A stretch of DNA of 64,000 nucleotides from Carcharhinus amblyrhynchos (GCA_965287045.1 OZ336872.1:29574001-29638000); one strand, 5' to 3'; counted from the first letter of the stretch, positions 47,210 to 61,550 are shown. Notes: a model not told the origin generated them from the letters alone. Numbers and translations: made by a program.

Positions 47210-48875
47210 AGTGCCACACAACAAATTGAGAGAAGTTACAGCTCATGGAATAAAAGAAAATAGTAATGTGAATATGAAATTAGCTGAATAATACAAAGCA
47301 GAGAGTAATGGTAAATGGATATTTTTTAGATGCGGATGAGCATAGATCATTGAAGATGGAGAGAGCAGTTAATAAAGCAGATAGTACTCTGTGCTTCATT
47401 AATAGGGACAATAACAGGGCATTATGATGAACTTATACAAGACACTAGTTAAACCTCAGCTGGAGTATTGTGTACAGTTCTGGGCACTACACTATAGGAA
47501 GGATGTGAACATGTGAATTCGCAGATGACACTAAGATGGGTGACACAGCAAAGTGTGCAGAGGACGCTGAAAGTCTGCAAAGGGATATAGATAGTCTAAG
47601 TCAGTACGCAAGGGTCTGGCAGATGAAGTACAACGTCGTTAAATGTGAGGTCATCCATTTCGGTAGGAATAACAGCAAAATGGATATTATTTTAAATGGT
47701 AAAAAAATTTGCAGCATGCTGCTGTGCAGAGGGACCTGGGGTGTACTTGTGCATGAATCTCAAAAAGTTGGTTTGCAGATGCAGCAGGTAATTAAGAAGG
47801 CAAATGGAATTTTGTCCTTCATTGCTAGAGGAATGGGTTTGAAAATAGTAAGATTATGTTGCAGCTGCATAAAGGTGCTGGTGAGGCCACACCTAGAGTA
47901 CTGAGTACAGTTTTGGTCTCCCTACTTGAGAAAGGATGTACTGGCACTGGAGGAGTGCACAGGAGATCCATTAGGTTCATTCTGGAGTTGAGAGGGTTGG
48001 CTTATAAGGAGAGATCAAGTAGACTGGAGCTATACTCTTTGGAATTCAGAAGAATGAGGGGAGATCTGATAGGAACTTAAGATTGTGAAGGGAATAGATA
48101 AGATAGAAGCAGGGAAGTTGCTTCCACTGGCAGGTGAAACTAGAACTAGGAGGCATAGCCTCAAAATAAGAGGGAGCAGATTTAGGACTGAATTGAGGAG
48201 AACTTCTTCACACAAAGGGTTGTGAATCTGTGGAATTCCCTGCCCAGTGAAGCAGTTGAGGCTGCCTCATTGAATGTTTTTAAGGCAAGGATAGATTTTT
48301 GAACAGTAAAGGGGTTATGAGTTATGGTGAGCGGGCGGGTAAGTGGAGCTGAGTCTACAAAAAGATCAGCCATGATCTTACTGAATGGTGGAGCAGGCTC
48401 GAGGGGCCAGATGGCCAACTCTTAGTTCTTATGCTAGAGAAAGTGCAGAAGCGGTTTACAAAAATGGTTCCAGGGATGAGAAACTTCAGCTTGGAGGATA
48501 GATTGGAGAGGTTGGGACTGTTCTTCATGGAGCGAAGAAGGCAAAGAGGAGATTTGATAGTCTGAGGGGGAACCTGAACCCATTTGTAAAAGGCTCAAGA
48601 ATGAGAGGTTATAAATTTAAAGTGATTTGCAAAAGAAGAAAACATGATGCGAGAAAAAGCTTTTTCACACAGCGAGTAGTTCAGGTGTGGAAGGCACTGC
48701 CTGGCACCGTGATGGAGGGAGGTTCAATCGAAGCATTCAAGTGGACTTTAGATGGTTATTTGAATAGAAACAATGTGCAGGGCTGTGGGGAATTGGTAGG
48801 CAAATGCTTGTTTGGAGAGCTGGACACACACAATGGGCCAAATGGCCTCCTCCTGTACCATATCAATTCGGTGAA
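47210..48875 (+). mobile_element. Old CR1 fragment with a second CR1 (about 47512-48433) nested in it
   Basis: YRKDVN (47500) resumes as LEKVQKRFTKMVP (48434); the insert has FADDTK, KCEVIHFG and its own 3' end. Confidence 0.9.
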
Positions 48876-49427
48876 ATCCCAGTTGAAGGCTTATAGTTGT
48901 AAAGCTGCCTATTAAATCATTGACTCTGACAGGTCTCAGACACAGCTGTCAATCACAACCACAACAGCAAAATGCTTGCTTGATGCTAAAGCATTAATGC
49001 TGTGTCAGAAGCATCCTGATTCAAGATCACTTGAAGACATATCAGAACAAAAAGACATTAACAACTGAACCAAATCAGCTGTCACATCATAATATTCCAA
49101 GATAGACAATGCTTGTGAAACAAACCTGTAATCATCAGAATTTTCAAAATGAAATGTTCTGGTATTTAAATAATGAATATATTAACCTCTCTATTCTCCA
49201 ACAGGAATCAAAATTCAGAGATAAGTTCAGGAATATTTAGTCTGTCAGGTTGGAACATGTTCCAGTAGCTGTTGAAGCAATTAACAGAAACCTGAATACT
49301 ACAGTCAACAATTTAAAGAATATCAATAGACTAATGGACAAAAGTGTTTCACTTTGTTACATGTTTTATCTTCCCACTTTAGGATTAACACCAACATGAA
49401 TCAAAAAGCATACAAAAACGTCTGCGT

Positions 49428-50460
49428 TCATAGGAATAAGAGTAGGCTATTCAGCCCCTTGCGCCTGTTCTGCCATTCAATTAGATCATGGTTGATCTGT
49501 ACCTTACCTGCCTTAGTTTCAAAAGCCTTAATACCTTCCCTAACTAATATATCGACCCACCACCCCAACAGCCTCTTGGGAAAGAGTTTCCAATCTCTTC
49601 TATCCCTTGTGTGAAGGAGTGCTACCTGACATAGCCCCAAATGGCATAGCTCGATAAAGCTATGTCTTTTTTCTCTGGATACTTCCAGAAAAGGTAACAG
49701 ATTTTCTCCTACCCATCTTATCAGTTTCTTCAATCATCTTAGCTCCTCAATATATTACCCTTAATCCTTTGCACTCAGGGGAATACCTGACCTTGTTTAG
49801 GTGACGTGGCCTCATATTTAATCCTTTCATCCATGGCATGTTGGCAGAGTGGTTAGCACTGCTGTCTCCCAGCTCCAGGTTCAATTCCAGCTTAGGGGCA
49901 CTGTCTGTGCAGTCTGTATGTTTTCCCTGTGTCTGCATGGGTTTCCTCCCACAGTCCAAAGATGTGCGAGTTAAGTTGATTGGCCAGACTAAATTGACTT
50001 CGGCAAGTCAAGTGTGTGGGGTTACAGGAATCGGGCCTGGGTGGGATTGTGGTGCAAACTCAATGGGCCAAATGGCCTCCTTCTGCATTGGAAGCATTCT
50101 ATGATTCTGGCAAATTTGCACTGCATCCCCTTCATGAAGTTTGGTGCCCAGTACAGATTGCGGTATTCCAGCTTGAAGCTAACCAGGGTTCTGTACAGCT
50201 GGAACATAACATCCTCCCCCATGTATTCCAGCCTCCTTGGGATAAAAGCCAACATTCTACAGGCCATATTAATTACGTCCATACTTTGACTCCTAAACTG
50301 CTCTACTCATCCACATTTCCTAGCTTCTTATCATTTAGAAAAGTGGATAACCTCACACTTTCTCATACTGAACTCCATCTGTCAAAGCTTGGCTCATTCA
50401 ATCCAGGACTAGCCCTTTGCAATTTTCTGCTTCTGTCTACACTACTTATTACGCCACCAA
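49428..50460 (-). mobile_element. Old CR1 3' fragment interrupted by an HE1 SINE (49833-50108, plus strand)
   Basis: RMLAFIPRRLEY..FQLYRTLV..LEY remnant; cataggaataagagtaggc tail. Confidence 0.8.
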
Positions 50461-50775
50461 ATGTATTACGTTTTCATTTTTTTGTTAGTTTGGCTCAATT
50501 TGAAACTATCTCAATATTTAACAATGATTTATTGCCCGTGTAACATAGATATCCAAACTAGTAACATTAGTGATTAAAATGAACAAACTGATATTTGGAC
50601 ATCACTATTATCAAGGACTTCCCAAAGTACTTTAGAGCCAGTGGATTCCTTTTGAAATCGCTGCTGTTGTTTTGTGGAGCAAATTCTTTCAGCTAAGGCG
50701 CCCACAACTTTAATATTTTAGCAAATGAGATGAAGAACCAAAGAAAATCTTGTCTTTAGTGGAGAGACAGAAAAT

Positions 50776-51142
50776 CATAGAATCACAGAATCTCTATAGT
50801 GCAGATGGAGGCCATTCGGCCCTTCAAGTCTGTACCAACTCTCCAATAGAGCATCTTACCCAGGCCCACCCCATGCCCTATCCCCATAACCCCATGTATT
50901 TAGCCCATTAATCCCTTCTAACCTACACATCTTGGTAGAGTAAGAGGCAATTTGGCATGGGCAATCTACTTAACCTGCACATCTTTGGAGTGCGGGAGGA
51001 AATTGGAGCACTCAGAGGAAACCCACGCAGACACGGGGAGGACGTGCAAACCCCACACAGACAATCACCCAGCATTGATATTGAACCCGGGTCCTTGGAG
51101 CTATGAGGCTGCAGTGCTAACCACTATGCAACCGTGTTGCCC
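50776..51142 (-). mobile_element. HE1/V-type SINE
   Basis: catagaatcacagaatc tail through to the tRNA head. Confidence 0.9.
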
Positions 51143-51875
51143 CAGTCTATACTGCCTACATCCCTTGAATGGAAAAAAATAATGTTCCTCCTGGTCTGAT
51201 TGAAACACGACTGCAACACCTTGTTGGTCAATCTTAAATACCCCTCAGAACAACTAGGTACGGACAATAACTATTGTCCTTCCAATGCTGCCCACATTCC
51301 AAAGGCAAGTTATTAAAGAAAAAAATCCTGTTACTGACTCACACATATAAACAACCAATCCATTATAAAGATGATATTTTAAAGTTTGTCCTCTGGTTTT
51401 TCTCCAAATAATTCTGAAAAAAACAATTCAACATCTACAGAAAATGAGAAAAGTATTGCAGTTCAGCTGACTAATTGGTACTGACGCAGCCTGAGAATAC
51501 ATGTTTAGATGTACTTTTCCTTCAAAAAAGTAGACAATCAGTGGGTAAATTTAATCATGTAAAGAATGATACTTTTTTTTAAAAAGTTTTATTTTTGGAA
51601 CCATAGAAAATGTAATTAATAAGAATATGAATTGGGCGTATTGTTCCGTGGAAAGGATTTTGAGTGATTTGAGGGAAAAATATAATGGAAGAATGTCAGA
51701 TAATCATTACAGGTCACCATCGTTATTTAAGGCCATTTACTGGTATAATGGTCTATAGCTACAGTAAGTCCAACCCAGCAAATGATGACCATGTATCATT
51801 GAAATTCCCATAGGAAATGTTGTTCGAATGAAATTACTATGAAAACCCACAGTAGGTTTCAACAGAATTGTAGGG

Positions 51876-51985
51876 GATCAGCAGGGTCAATTTATGGGGT
51901 TACAGGGATAGGGCCTGGGTGAGATCGTTGTCAGAGCAGGCTCAATGAGCCAAATAGCCTCCTTCTACACTGTAGGGATTCTATG
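51876..51985 (+). mobile_element. HE1 SINE 3' fragment
   Basis: gggcctgggtgagatcgttg...gggattctatg. Confidence 0.8.
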
Positions 51986-52702
51986 AACACATAACCAACG
52001 TACGAAGTATAACATAATTGGCCAGATTTTGCTGTCAAAATAATGATGATCACTATTACTTAAGCTGAACTAGTACAGCAAGGAGCAGATACATGGTTAA
52101 CTGCCAATAGCTAAAAATTTATCATCGGAGATCGCCACTCTGTGAGATTTGCAAAAGCATTATTTTGCTGTCTGCCCCCATTTACAAGCATTAAAATGTC
52201 ATTAAATGCCATAATCATGTGTGCAAATACAAAACAAGCTTGCCACAAGAAGTTAAATCTTGCATTATAAAGGAGCTTATACACTTTTAACAATACGGCA
52301 AGTGAACAATTAAAGCTAATCAGCTTTGCCAGTACTAAAATTCACAAGTGTTACAAGTGTGGAGTTTATTTCTTCAGACAGCATGTTGAAGATTTTTTAA
52401 AAAGACAAGTTTAAAATTTACAATTTTTCACTTTTTTTTGTCTTTTTTCAAATTCATATTTCTTACTCTGTATCTGCATTGACACTGAATTGATCCATTC
52501 TAACTTCCAGTTCTTTGAGTGCTCGACTATTTATTTCTTCACCCAAATGTGATCAGTTAAGGAGATACACAGTTGATTGCTTGTCAAATTAACTTGCCTT
52601 GTCTGTCTTGCTGCATCATTACCAGCCCACATTCTTAGCAACTTCATAGACAAAAAGGTTTTGAGCTGAAGGATGCAGGGACAAGTCTAACTAACAGCAA
52701 AG

Positions 52703-53017
52703 TCATAAAATCCTAGAATCCCTTCTGGACAGAAGGAAGCCATTTGGCCCATTGAGCCTGCACTGACCACAATCCCACTCAGGCCTTATTTCCGAAATCC
52801 CCAAATATTTACCCTGCTAATCCCCTGACATTAGGGTCAATTTAGAATGGCCAATCAACCAACCCACACATCTTTGAAACGTAGGAGGAAATTGGAGCAC
52901 CTGGAGGAAACCCATGCAGACACGGGGAGAATTTGCAAACTCCATGCAGACAGTGACCCGAGTCCAGAACTGAACCTGAGTCCCTATGAGACAGCAGTAC
53001 TAACCACTGTGCTGCCC
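52703..53017 (-). mobile_element. HE1/V-type SINE, inside a decayed DNA-transposon-like block (about 52019-53085)
   Basis: Full SINE body; the flanking block has ggccagattttgc...gcaaattcagg ends. Confidence 0.85.
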
Positions 53018-54147
53018 ATCTCCAACATCCACACCTTACGTACATAACAAGGGCCCGTGCTCAGCCTGAGCACTGCAAATTCAGGTATTTTATCATTTGA
53101 TGTTACTTCAGGGGCTGTTTCATAAGTGAATTAAATGGAACAGCAAACCCAGAATTGAAGTAATGAATGTTTGTGCTTAGCGATGTACCAAATCCTCCAT
53201 TTTTCATTCAAACACAGGAGCTCAATACAAATAAAACTTTGATCAACTCCAGATTTGGCTTCAATTGATTCAATAATTGAGGACAATAATTTTAAGTGGT
53301 TTTTGATCTGAAATTTTGAATTATTCATTTTGTTCATATGTGTATGCACATTGACATGACAGTTATTTATGTATAGAGGTCTGTAATATAAAATCACACC
53401 TTATAATCTTCAGTGTAGGTGGCACCCAGCAGTGAAAGCATATGCTTCCAATCATTCCTTCAAGCAATGCGAGAAAAATTTCTACAGGGTCCTAGCTCCT
53501 GCACTGCTAACAACTTGAATGCCGCTTTCATACTAGGGATTTAAAGAAAGTTGGTTCAGGAAGTCTGTTTCCCTTTCCCAACATGGTTGATTTTTTTTTC
53601 CCATGGTTCTGGGAAAGGGATATTAGAAACCCATTATTATGGCAGAACTCATCATTATTTAAAAACCTCAAATAAATCCCCTCTTAACCATCCCCATTAA
53701 AAATGTCAAATCTGTCCTCTTAATTATGGTTTGCTACTGCAGGGACTCTTTCCTGTGTGCTCTCTATGTCTTTAAAGTAATTATTATAATGGGACACCCA
53801 ACGCTAAACACAATACTTGAGTTGTGGCCCAACCACTGCTTTGCACAAATTTATCATTAGCTCTTATTTGTTCTTGTATTCTATTTATAAACCCAAAATC
53901 TTTTATCTACCTACATTTGCACTTTCAGAGAAGCATATATTTGAATCTTGGAGTCTCTGTTCAATTGCACCTTGCAATGTATTTGCAACAAGTTTCCAAA
54001 GATGTTTTTCTGTTCAAGTTGCATTGTCTGAAATTTATCCATATTAAGTTGCATCTTTCACTCTCTGATCATTCCCCTAAATGATGTTCTCTTGAAATAT
54101 TTTCTAGTTGTTTCTCAATTAACAATTTGCAGCATTATGCTCTTGAT

Positions 54148-54435
54148 TCATAGAATTATAGAATCCTGACAACACAGAAAGAGGCCATTCAGCCCACTGC
54201 ATTCGTACCAACCCTCCAGAAAAGCCCAATTCTTTGACTTAACCCCATGACCCTCACACTGATCATGGCGAATCGACCTAATCTGCACATCCGTGGGAGG
54301 AAACTGGGGCATCTGAAGGAAACCCATACAGACACAGGTAAAATGTGCAAACTCCACACAGAGTCACCCAAGGTTGGAACTGAATCTGGGTCCCTGGCAT
54401 TGTGAGGCAGCAGTGCTAATTACCATGCTGCCCCC
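54148..54435 (-). mobile_element. HE1/V-type SINE
   Basis: catagaattatagaatc tail through to the head. Confidence 0.88.
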
Positions 54436-55074
54436 AGATGTCCAAATTCAAATCATCAGCTGTAGATACCAACACAATGTGAAGTTCACACTTACCCTGG
54501 AGTGCACCAATTCTAGCTCTTCTTCAACTTGAGAAAAATCACATAAACCCTCACCTGTTCTTCCCTGTTCAACAACTATGTTTCAATCAATGCTTACTAC
54601 ATTTCATATTACCTCATAACTGGTTCCCAAAACACCTTCTAAGAGTTCAAAGACACCACATCCACTGCAATTCCTTTCTAACCCATTGGTCACAATTTCA
54701 AAAACAAGTATTACATCTGTCAAACATAATGTAACTTTAGCAGATCCCTGCTAGCTGCCCTTGATTGATTGACTCACCCATCTGTAAATTCTAGTACTAT
54801 CTAAATTGAGTGCAAACTCAACTGTCATTGGACAGAATAGGGGAACATTATCTACACAATCTCCTTCATATTACACTTTCTGTTGACTGAAAGTATTCTG
54901 CAAGAGGAAATTCCAGGATATATGATCCATCTTTGGTCCCTTTGTTTTAACAACACAACAGAAATGAAAGCAACTGTTTTCATAACACAACAAAATTTTG
55001 GCATGACGTAATTTATGGACTTATTGAACTAGTTCATCCAGATCATTCTGAAAAAACATGCAGCTTTCACCTAC

Positions 55075-55103
55075 CTCAGCCAAGAAAATCAGTTGAGTAT
55101 GAC
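55075..55103 (-). other. Candidate micro-exon (29 nt)
   Basis: Strong acceptor tttttcccactgcctccttag| and GAG|GTAGGT donor; one open frame (GHTQLIFLAE). Confidence 0.25.
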
Positions 55104-55409
55104 CTAAGGAGGCAGTGGGAAAAATACTGGAAGAGGTTTTATTGGTCTTTTAGGATGATTTGCAACAGCGTTCTTCATCAATGTAGAATAAGGGAAAAAC
55201 AAGACAGAGCTACAACTCAGAGTAAAAACTTAATGTCATACACTGTGACAGCAAAGTCCAAATAGTTGTGCAGTTCATATGAACCTTAAGGTCATTGTTA
55301 ATTTCATTCTCAGGATGCGGACATTGCTGGCACACCGGGTTTTTCACGCCCAAGAAATCCCTGGTGGATCTTCTTCTCAAACAGCTGTAGTTCATGTGGT
55401 AGTTTTTGT

Positions 55410-55860
55410 TAGCCTTTGTAGTAGTTTAATACAACTGTGTATTTTATTAGGCCACATCAGAGAACAATTATGAGTCATCTGTATAGATTTGGAACTGAAG
55501 TCACATGTAAACCAGAACGATTAAAGATGACGTACTTCCTTCGTCAAGGGATATCAGTGAATCAGCTAGGGTTCTGTGACAATTCAACAGCTTCATGATC
55601 ACTATTGCTGATTCTGGTTTTTATTTCCAGATACCTTTTAAACTGTATTAAATTCTCAAATTGATTTAAAGTCTCATTTCCTGGATTACTAGACTCGGGG
55701 TGAAATCTTCCTGTCCCGTCCGCCACGGGAATCATAGCAGGTTGGGGAGGACCATGCAAAGATCCACTGACCTCGGGTGGGAATTTCTGGCCTTGGAGCG
55801 AGCAAGCGAGGCCAGAAAATTCCACCCTTGGTCTCTAACTTGCTAGTACAAGTACAAAAC
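55410..55860 (-). mobile_element. SINE family B, decayed, with a MITE (about 55698-55827) inserted
   Basis: MITE ends GGGTGAAATCTTCC and AGAAAATTCCACCC are imperfect TIRs; a related copy lies at about 31800-31935. Confidence 0.65.
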
Positions 55861-56297
55861 TACTGTGCTTGCTTCAGATTCACTTGGCCCATTTTTATGG
55901 CAATACTTTGCCAAGTAAAGGCAGGTGTAGGGAATGGTGCGACATACCAGATCCAAATATAAAAGAACCCTCTCGAAGAAGTATTGACGGATGCCAGAGT
56001 AACACCAACAAGAAACATTGCTCGCAGGACAGAGTCTGGCTCATGCACATTAAGCTGCAGTTTCCTACCTGCTGCATCATTGGGAAATTTGTGCGTTGAA
56101 GCTGTATATTTACAGCAGCACTTTAATCTAGCTGGCCCAGATTGAAGTGACGTTTGTGAGTGTGTTGTGACCATTAGAATATTAACAACTGTTAGTTGTG
56201 CAGGGATCTGTTCCTGGTAATTTTTTTTAAAAACAGTATCCACAACAACTTGCATCATCTAAGTGCATATTTTGCCCACTTCACTTGCCTCTAACCT

Positions 56298-56555
56298 CGC
56301 ACAGTGGCAGTGGTTAGCACTAGCTTCATAGCGTCAGCGACCCGGGTTTGATTCTTGGCTTGGGTCACTGTCTGTGCAGAGTCTGCATGGGTTTCCTCCC
56401 ACATTCCAAAAGACATATTGGTTAGGTGCATTGGCCATGCTAAATTCTCCCTCAGTGTTACCCAAACAGGCTCCGGAGTGTGGCAACTAGGGGATTTTCA
56501 CAGCAACTTCATTGCAGTATAAATGTAAGCATACTTGTGACACTAATAAATAAAC
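56298..56555 (+). mobile_element. HE1/V-type SINE with alternative tail
   Basis: Head plus actaggggattttcacagc...cactaataaataaact. Confidence 0.88.
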
Positions 56556-57194
56556 TTCAATAAAGCTTTAAAACTTTAGACTAGTTTCACTAGACTAGCT
56601 TTAAAAATTATTAAGTGGTTTAAAATGTTTACTCCTCATTTAATGACTTAAATCAAACATCTTCATGGGAGAGTATAAAACTACTTGATGGGAACGTCTC
56701 ACACTTGTATCAGAATACTGTACATCACACAAATCATAGAAATATGAGCTTCCTGTTAAAATCAAAACAAAAAACAAAGCAACAGCAACCTCATGGTTTG
56801 TGGGCTATGAGACCTCCTGCCAAGTCCTGCAGGTTATGTGGTAAGAGACCACAGTGTGATTTAATGTCAGTCAACCACTGCTTACTTTTTAGACATGAAG
56901 TACCTCATCGTTTGGTTGCTGAGAAGAACTTTTCCAATGTTCACAGGCCTGAATATACAAATGTTCCCACTATGTTTCTACACCAACTGCTTCCAAATCA
57001 GAATACACTAAATCTTCGAACACCAAGGGGGGAACCATCTATTTTCCGGCAACACTGAGCACATTTTGACTCAAAGTTGTCAGGAATGAGGGGCTCTCGT
57101 TCCGTGTTTTGGCAGCCATTTGCATTTGTCTGCTAGATAGTCTACTGTGCTAACTTCCAGCTGGGTCAGTAGGTACAGCACCAAACAGACGATG

Positions 57195-57300
57195 GGAGTG
57201 CTGTGGGCGGGGGCTGCATTTTCCCAATGGAGTTGATCCCACGTCTCTGTCACCAGCCTGCTGGGAAGCAAACATTTTCCTGAGTCAAGGATTGGCCTGG
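57195..57300. promoter_or_regulatory. Candidate promoter/enhancer motif cluster
   Basis: GC box GGGCGGGGG at 57205-57213, AP-1 TGAGTCA at 57281-57287, CCAAT (minus) at 57291-57295, within 100 bp of non-repeat DNA. Confidence 0.3.
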
Positions 57301-57776
57301 AGAGAGGTTTGCTGCCCTTATTAACAGAGCCAAGACAGAAACCAATTTTGAGTAGGCAAAGGCTCTTCTCTGCTCATACTCTGTATGTAAGAAGTTTGGT
57401 CATTTAATGCTCAGAATTACAGGCATCAAAACTCAGCAAAAATAATCATTGTGCAGAACTGTGCACCAAATCTGTCTCTAAAAGCAAGTATAGAAGACAT
57501 CTTGCAACTGGCAATCATTTGGTCAACTGTGTGAGATACCAATTTCCACATTTACAGTGTTGATCTGTTACTCAGTAGCTTGCCAGTTGGCAGAATTCAA
57601 AATAATTATCAAGAATCCTTCATGAGACAATAATCACCCATTTTATTGCTAGTAACTCCTACAACATGTCTGACGATGTCAAGCACAGTAATTCCTCGCT
57701 TAACATTCTAGTTGTGTTCCGGAACTGCACAACTTTAAGTGGTTTTACCATTACGGCCAACATGAAAGTTGTAATT

Positions 57777-58191
57777 AGAACATAAGAACATAAGAAATAG
57801 GAGCAGGAGTAGGCCATCTAGCCCTTCGAGCCTGCCCCGCCATTCAATAAGATCATGGCTGATCTGTCGTGGCTCAGTTCCACTTTCCCGCCCTCTCCCC
57901 ATAACCCTTAATCCCCTCGCTTCAAAAGCCCATCAACCCGCGTCTTAAAAATATTTAGCGAGGCAGCCTCCACCACTTCAACAGGCAGAGAATTCCAGAG
58001 ATTCACCACCCTTTGAGTGAAGAAGTTCCTCCTCAACTCCGTTCTAAACCGCCCCCCCTTTATCTTGAGGCTGTGCCCCCTAGTCCTACTGTCCTTTCTG
58101 AGCGGGAAGAGTCTCTCCACCTCTATCCTATCCATCCCATTCATCATCTTATACATCTCAATGAGATCTCCCCTCATTCTTCTAAACTCTA
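57777..58191 (-). mobile_element. Young CR1 subfamily, 3' fragment
   Basis: Near-identical to 3003-3412; (AAGAACAT)n tail. Confidence 0.95.
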
Positions 58192-59699
58192 GATTGTGTA
58201 GGACAGTTCTCATCAGGAAATAAATATACTTGGTAAGCTAAATCCTGTGCATTTTCTAAATTCCTGTCTTCAGAAATGAAATAACATAATAAAATACATT
58301 AGAAAATTTAAAATAGGCTAATTCTATCTATCTACATCCTGTTCCCAACAATCTCCTGCTGGTTGCTTCCTTCTCCTGCTCACTGCCTCTCCATTCACTG
58401 CTTTCCTCTCCTGTTCCCTCCTACTCAGCGACCCCACCGATTGCTGCTGCTCCCATTCTCTGCTTCCCTTTCTCGAACTCTCACCTTGAACAAGGGCTCA
58501 GGAGAGGGGCAGGGAGAAGAGGGGATCAGGTGAGCAGAATGGCACGCAGAAGGACAAGAGTTGTTGAGTGGAAGGGCTGGGGAAGGAAACAACAAGGAGG
58601 CGGGCAGGGGAGGAGGCAAGTAGGAAAGAGCCAGGCAGGAAGACTGCTCCAAAATGGTGCCGATCTGGTCACATGATGCTCTGTCAGCTCCCGTATGAAT
58701 CAACACTATAGCAGAAATCCCAGGACTAAATGCGCATTCCTGCCCCACTATATCCATAAGCTAAAGCAGAACAAAGCTAATCGAGGCAAATGAATTGGGG
58801 GGCTTACTATAAAATGGAAAATTCATTGTTTAATGGATAGTTAACTTTTCCGCCATCATGATTACCTTAATGAATATGGATGTAAATCATGCTATTGTAC
58901 CCATTATCAGATGAACTCTAAAAGGAGGAAAAATCATTTTACTCGCTCCTTAAAATGCTCCCCACCTCCATGCAGCCGCTGTAAAGCCGAACAACTATTG
59001 AACTCCGGCCGAATCCCTGAAGATCCCAAAACTTTCCAGAGATGGGCTTCTGAGCCAGCCTCATTGTAAATGAGCTCTTAAAAGGAGCGGGATTGTTCGA
59101 GGCCCACTTGCTCCCAACATCAGGAAAATGGCAGAATGCCATAGTGGAGGTGGCCATTTTCCTTGCCTTCTGATTAGGAACATGAAAATTCCAGCCAACT
59201 GTCACTGATACTAAGTGCCAGTGCAAAGAAGATTAATGAATAGTCAAAACGCTAATGGACAATTCATTGCTACATGGAGATTTCTTCAGTAAGGGAAAGG
59301 TACGCTTCCCGCTAATCTTTGCAGACTTTCCAAAACATTGGAATGACATCATTCAAAAGGAACACAGTCCTACATTTCCCAAAAGATGCAGTAACAAGCA
59401 TATCTTTATTCTCTTAAGCAAGGATCATAAAGTAATAGAAAAGGGAGTTTTCATTTGCCCAGTGGACCAATTCAAGGAACAGACATGGTGTTAGATTTCT
59501 CTGCTTACTGATTTGGTACAATTTGTGCCAGAGCTGCTCACAGCATAATGTTCTTTATATTTACACATGCTGAGAGGCTATTAAGACCATGTAGTCAGAA
59601 GAAAGGCACTGAATCACTTAGTATTCATCAGTGGAGAAGCAGCAAGAGGCGTGAGATCCCTCAATTTTTCCCCCCAGTTTGGTAAAGCCTTCTCTAGGC

Positions 59700-60810
59700 T
59701 TTCAGCAATGCCAATCTGAGCTTGCAGAATAGACATTGCCCAGCAAAACAAAGCAAGCTCACAAGTCACGGTGACAGCATTCCAATCGCTTAAGGCTGAC
59801 ACCCAAAGACAATTCCAAAAGATAAAAATCAAGGGGGGGGTGATGGAGAGAAAAATCTGAGATATTCAACAATATGCTGACTATCATGACTTGCAAAAGC
59901 TTTTTTGTTTGCAGCCACCAGGTGCAACTACAGACCAAAATCAAATGGACAGTAGCCCCTCTGCTAACAGAATTGTATTCTTAAGGATGACAATGTCATC
60001 CATCTGAGGCACAGTGTAACTTTACACCTTCAAGAAGAACCTCTGACATGGTCTTTGTGGCCAGACAAATGTCAAGAAAAAGCACCAGAAACTTTCAATT
60101 GCATTCATCAACACAATCAAAGCATTTGATTCAGTAAATTATGAGGCTCCGAGAATGTGCTTCAAGTATTTGAATGTATATGAAACTTTATCACAATCCT
60201 GCAAGTGTTTCACGATAATATGACTGCAACTGTCTTGAGTGGGAGATCTGATTTCAAAATCTGGCCTGGTGTGTGTGATAGTCCCCATTCTATTTAAATT
60301 GTACCAGAAAGTGATTAATCAGGTCAAATATTAAATACAATCCAGATGGAAAACTTTAATTTCAGTTGCCTCTATGCCAAAACTAAACTGATCAACATAG
60401 ACATACATGACCTAAATAGTTTGTACTGTTGATGCTCATTCTGCATCAGATTTGCAAGCCATCCTCAATCTCTTCAAGTCTGGATTAAAGAAACTCAGCC
60501 TATTAAATGTTGCCAGAACAAAACTTTTATCAACCCAGAGCTGGTTAATAAATATCCCTCTGTCCATATATGGCGAAGGACGGACTCCAGAATACGCTCA
60601 GCAGTTTCCATATCTTGGCAGGTACCTCTTCCAAAAGATCACCATTGATAAGGAGATCCAACACTGGATCAGATGTGTCAGTTCAGTTTTCTATAACCTT
60701 TGGCAGCAGATATTTAACAACAAATTCCTCTGCAAGTCAACAAAACTCCTGGAGTAGTCCTGCACTGCAGTGAGACTCGGACTCTTTATCAGCGGCACTT
60801 AGGTCCTGAA
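59700..60810 (+). mobile_element. RTE-clade LINE fragment, old
   Basis: EAQCNFTPSRRTSDMVFVARQ..AFINTIKAFDSVN and FPYLGR..IDKEIQHWI..IFNN..STKL motifs. Confidence 0.8.
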
Positions 60811-60829
60811 GTTCTAATGAATTTCATCC

Positions 60830-61550
60830 TGAAGGAACTGGTTAGTCAGAGCTCTGAGATGCAGAAGGCTCTTGGGGTCCTAGTGTATGAATCACAGAAC
60901 GTTAGGATTCAAGTACAGCAAGTAATTAGGAAAGCTCATAGAATGTAATCATTTATTGCAAGTGGAATTGTATACAAAAGTAGGAAGGTTATGCTGCAGT
61001 TGTACAGGGCACTCATGAGACCACATCTGGAGTATTATGGATGGTACTGGTCTCCTTATTTAAGGAAGGATGGAACTGCAAAATGTTCAGAGAAGGTTTT
61101 CTACCTGGAATGGGCAGATTCCCTTATTGGGAAAAGTTGGACAGGCTAGACTTGTACCCACTGGAATTTAGATGAGTAAGAGGCAGCTTATTGAAATATA
61201 AAGAAGATTCTGAGAGATCTCGACAGGGTGGATGGGGAAAGGATGTTTCTGCTTGTGGGAGAATCTTGAATTAGGGAGTCTCTGTTTAAAAATAAGGTGC
61301 TGTCCATTTCAGATAGAGATAAAGAGAGTCTTTGGAACTCTGTTCCTCAAAAGGTGGAGGAAGCAGAGTCTTTGGATATTTTTAAGGCAGAGGTGGACAG
61401 GTTCTTGATTAGCAAGAGGATGAAAGGTTATGGGGGTTAAAGACAGGAATGTGAGGTTGAGGTTAAAATCAGATTAACCATGGTTTTATGGAATGGTGGA
61501 GCAGGGTCTAGAGACCAAATGGCCTACTCCTGTACCTAATTCGTATGTTC
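60830..61550 (+). mobile_element. CR1 LINE 3' fragment
   Basis: LQLYRALMRPHLEY..WSPYLRKD; 3' end ggcctactcctgtacctaattcgtatgttc. Confidence 0.9.

Noticed and set aside
50016-50543. 175-aa ORF
   Set aside because: Made of a SINE tail plus antisense CR1 sequence.
55860-56258. 132-aa minus ORF / exon 56213-55948
   Set aside because: A donor (CTG|GTATGT) is present but the acceptor lacks a pyrimidine tract, two frames are equally plausible and no homology is recognised.
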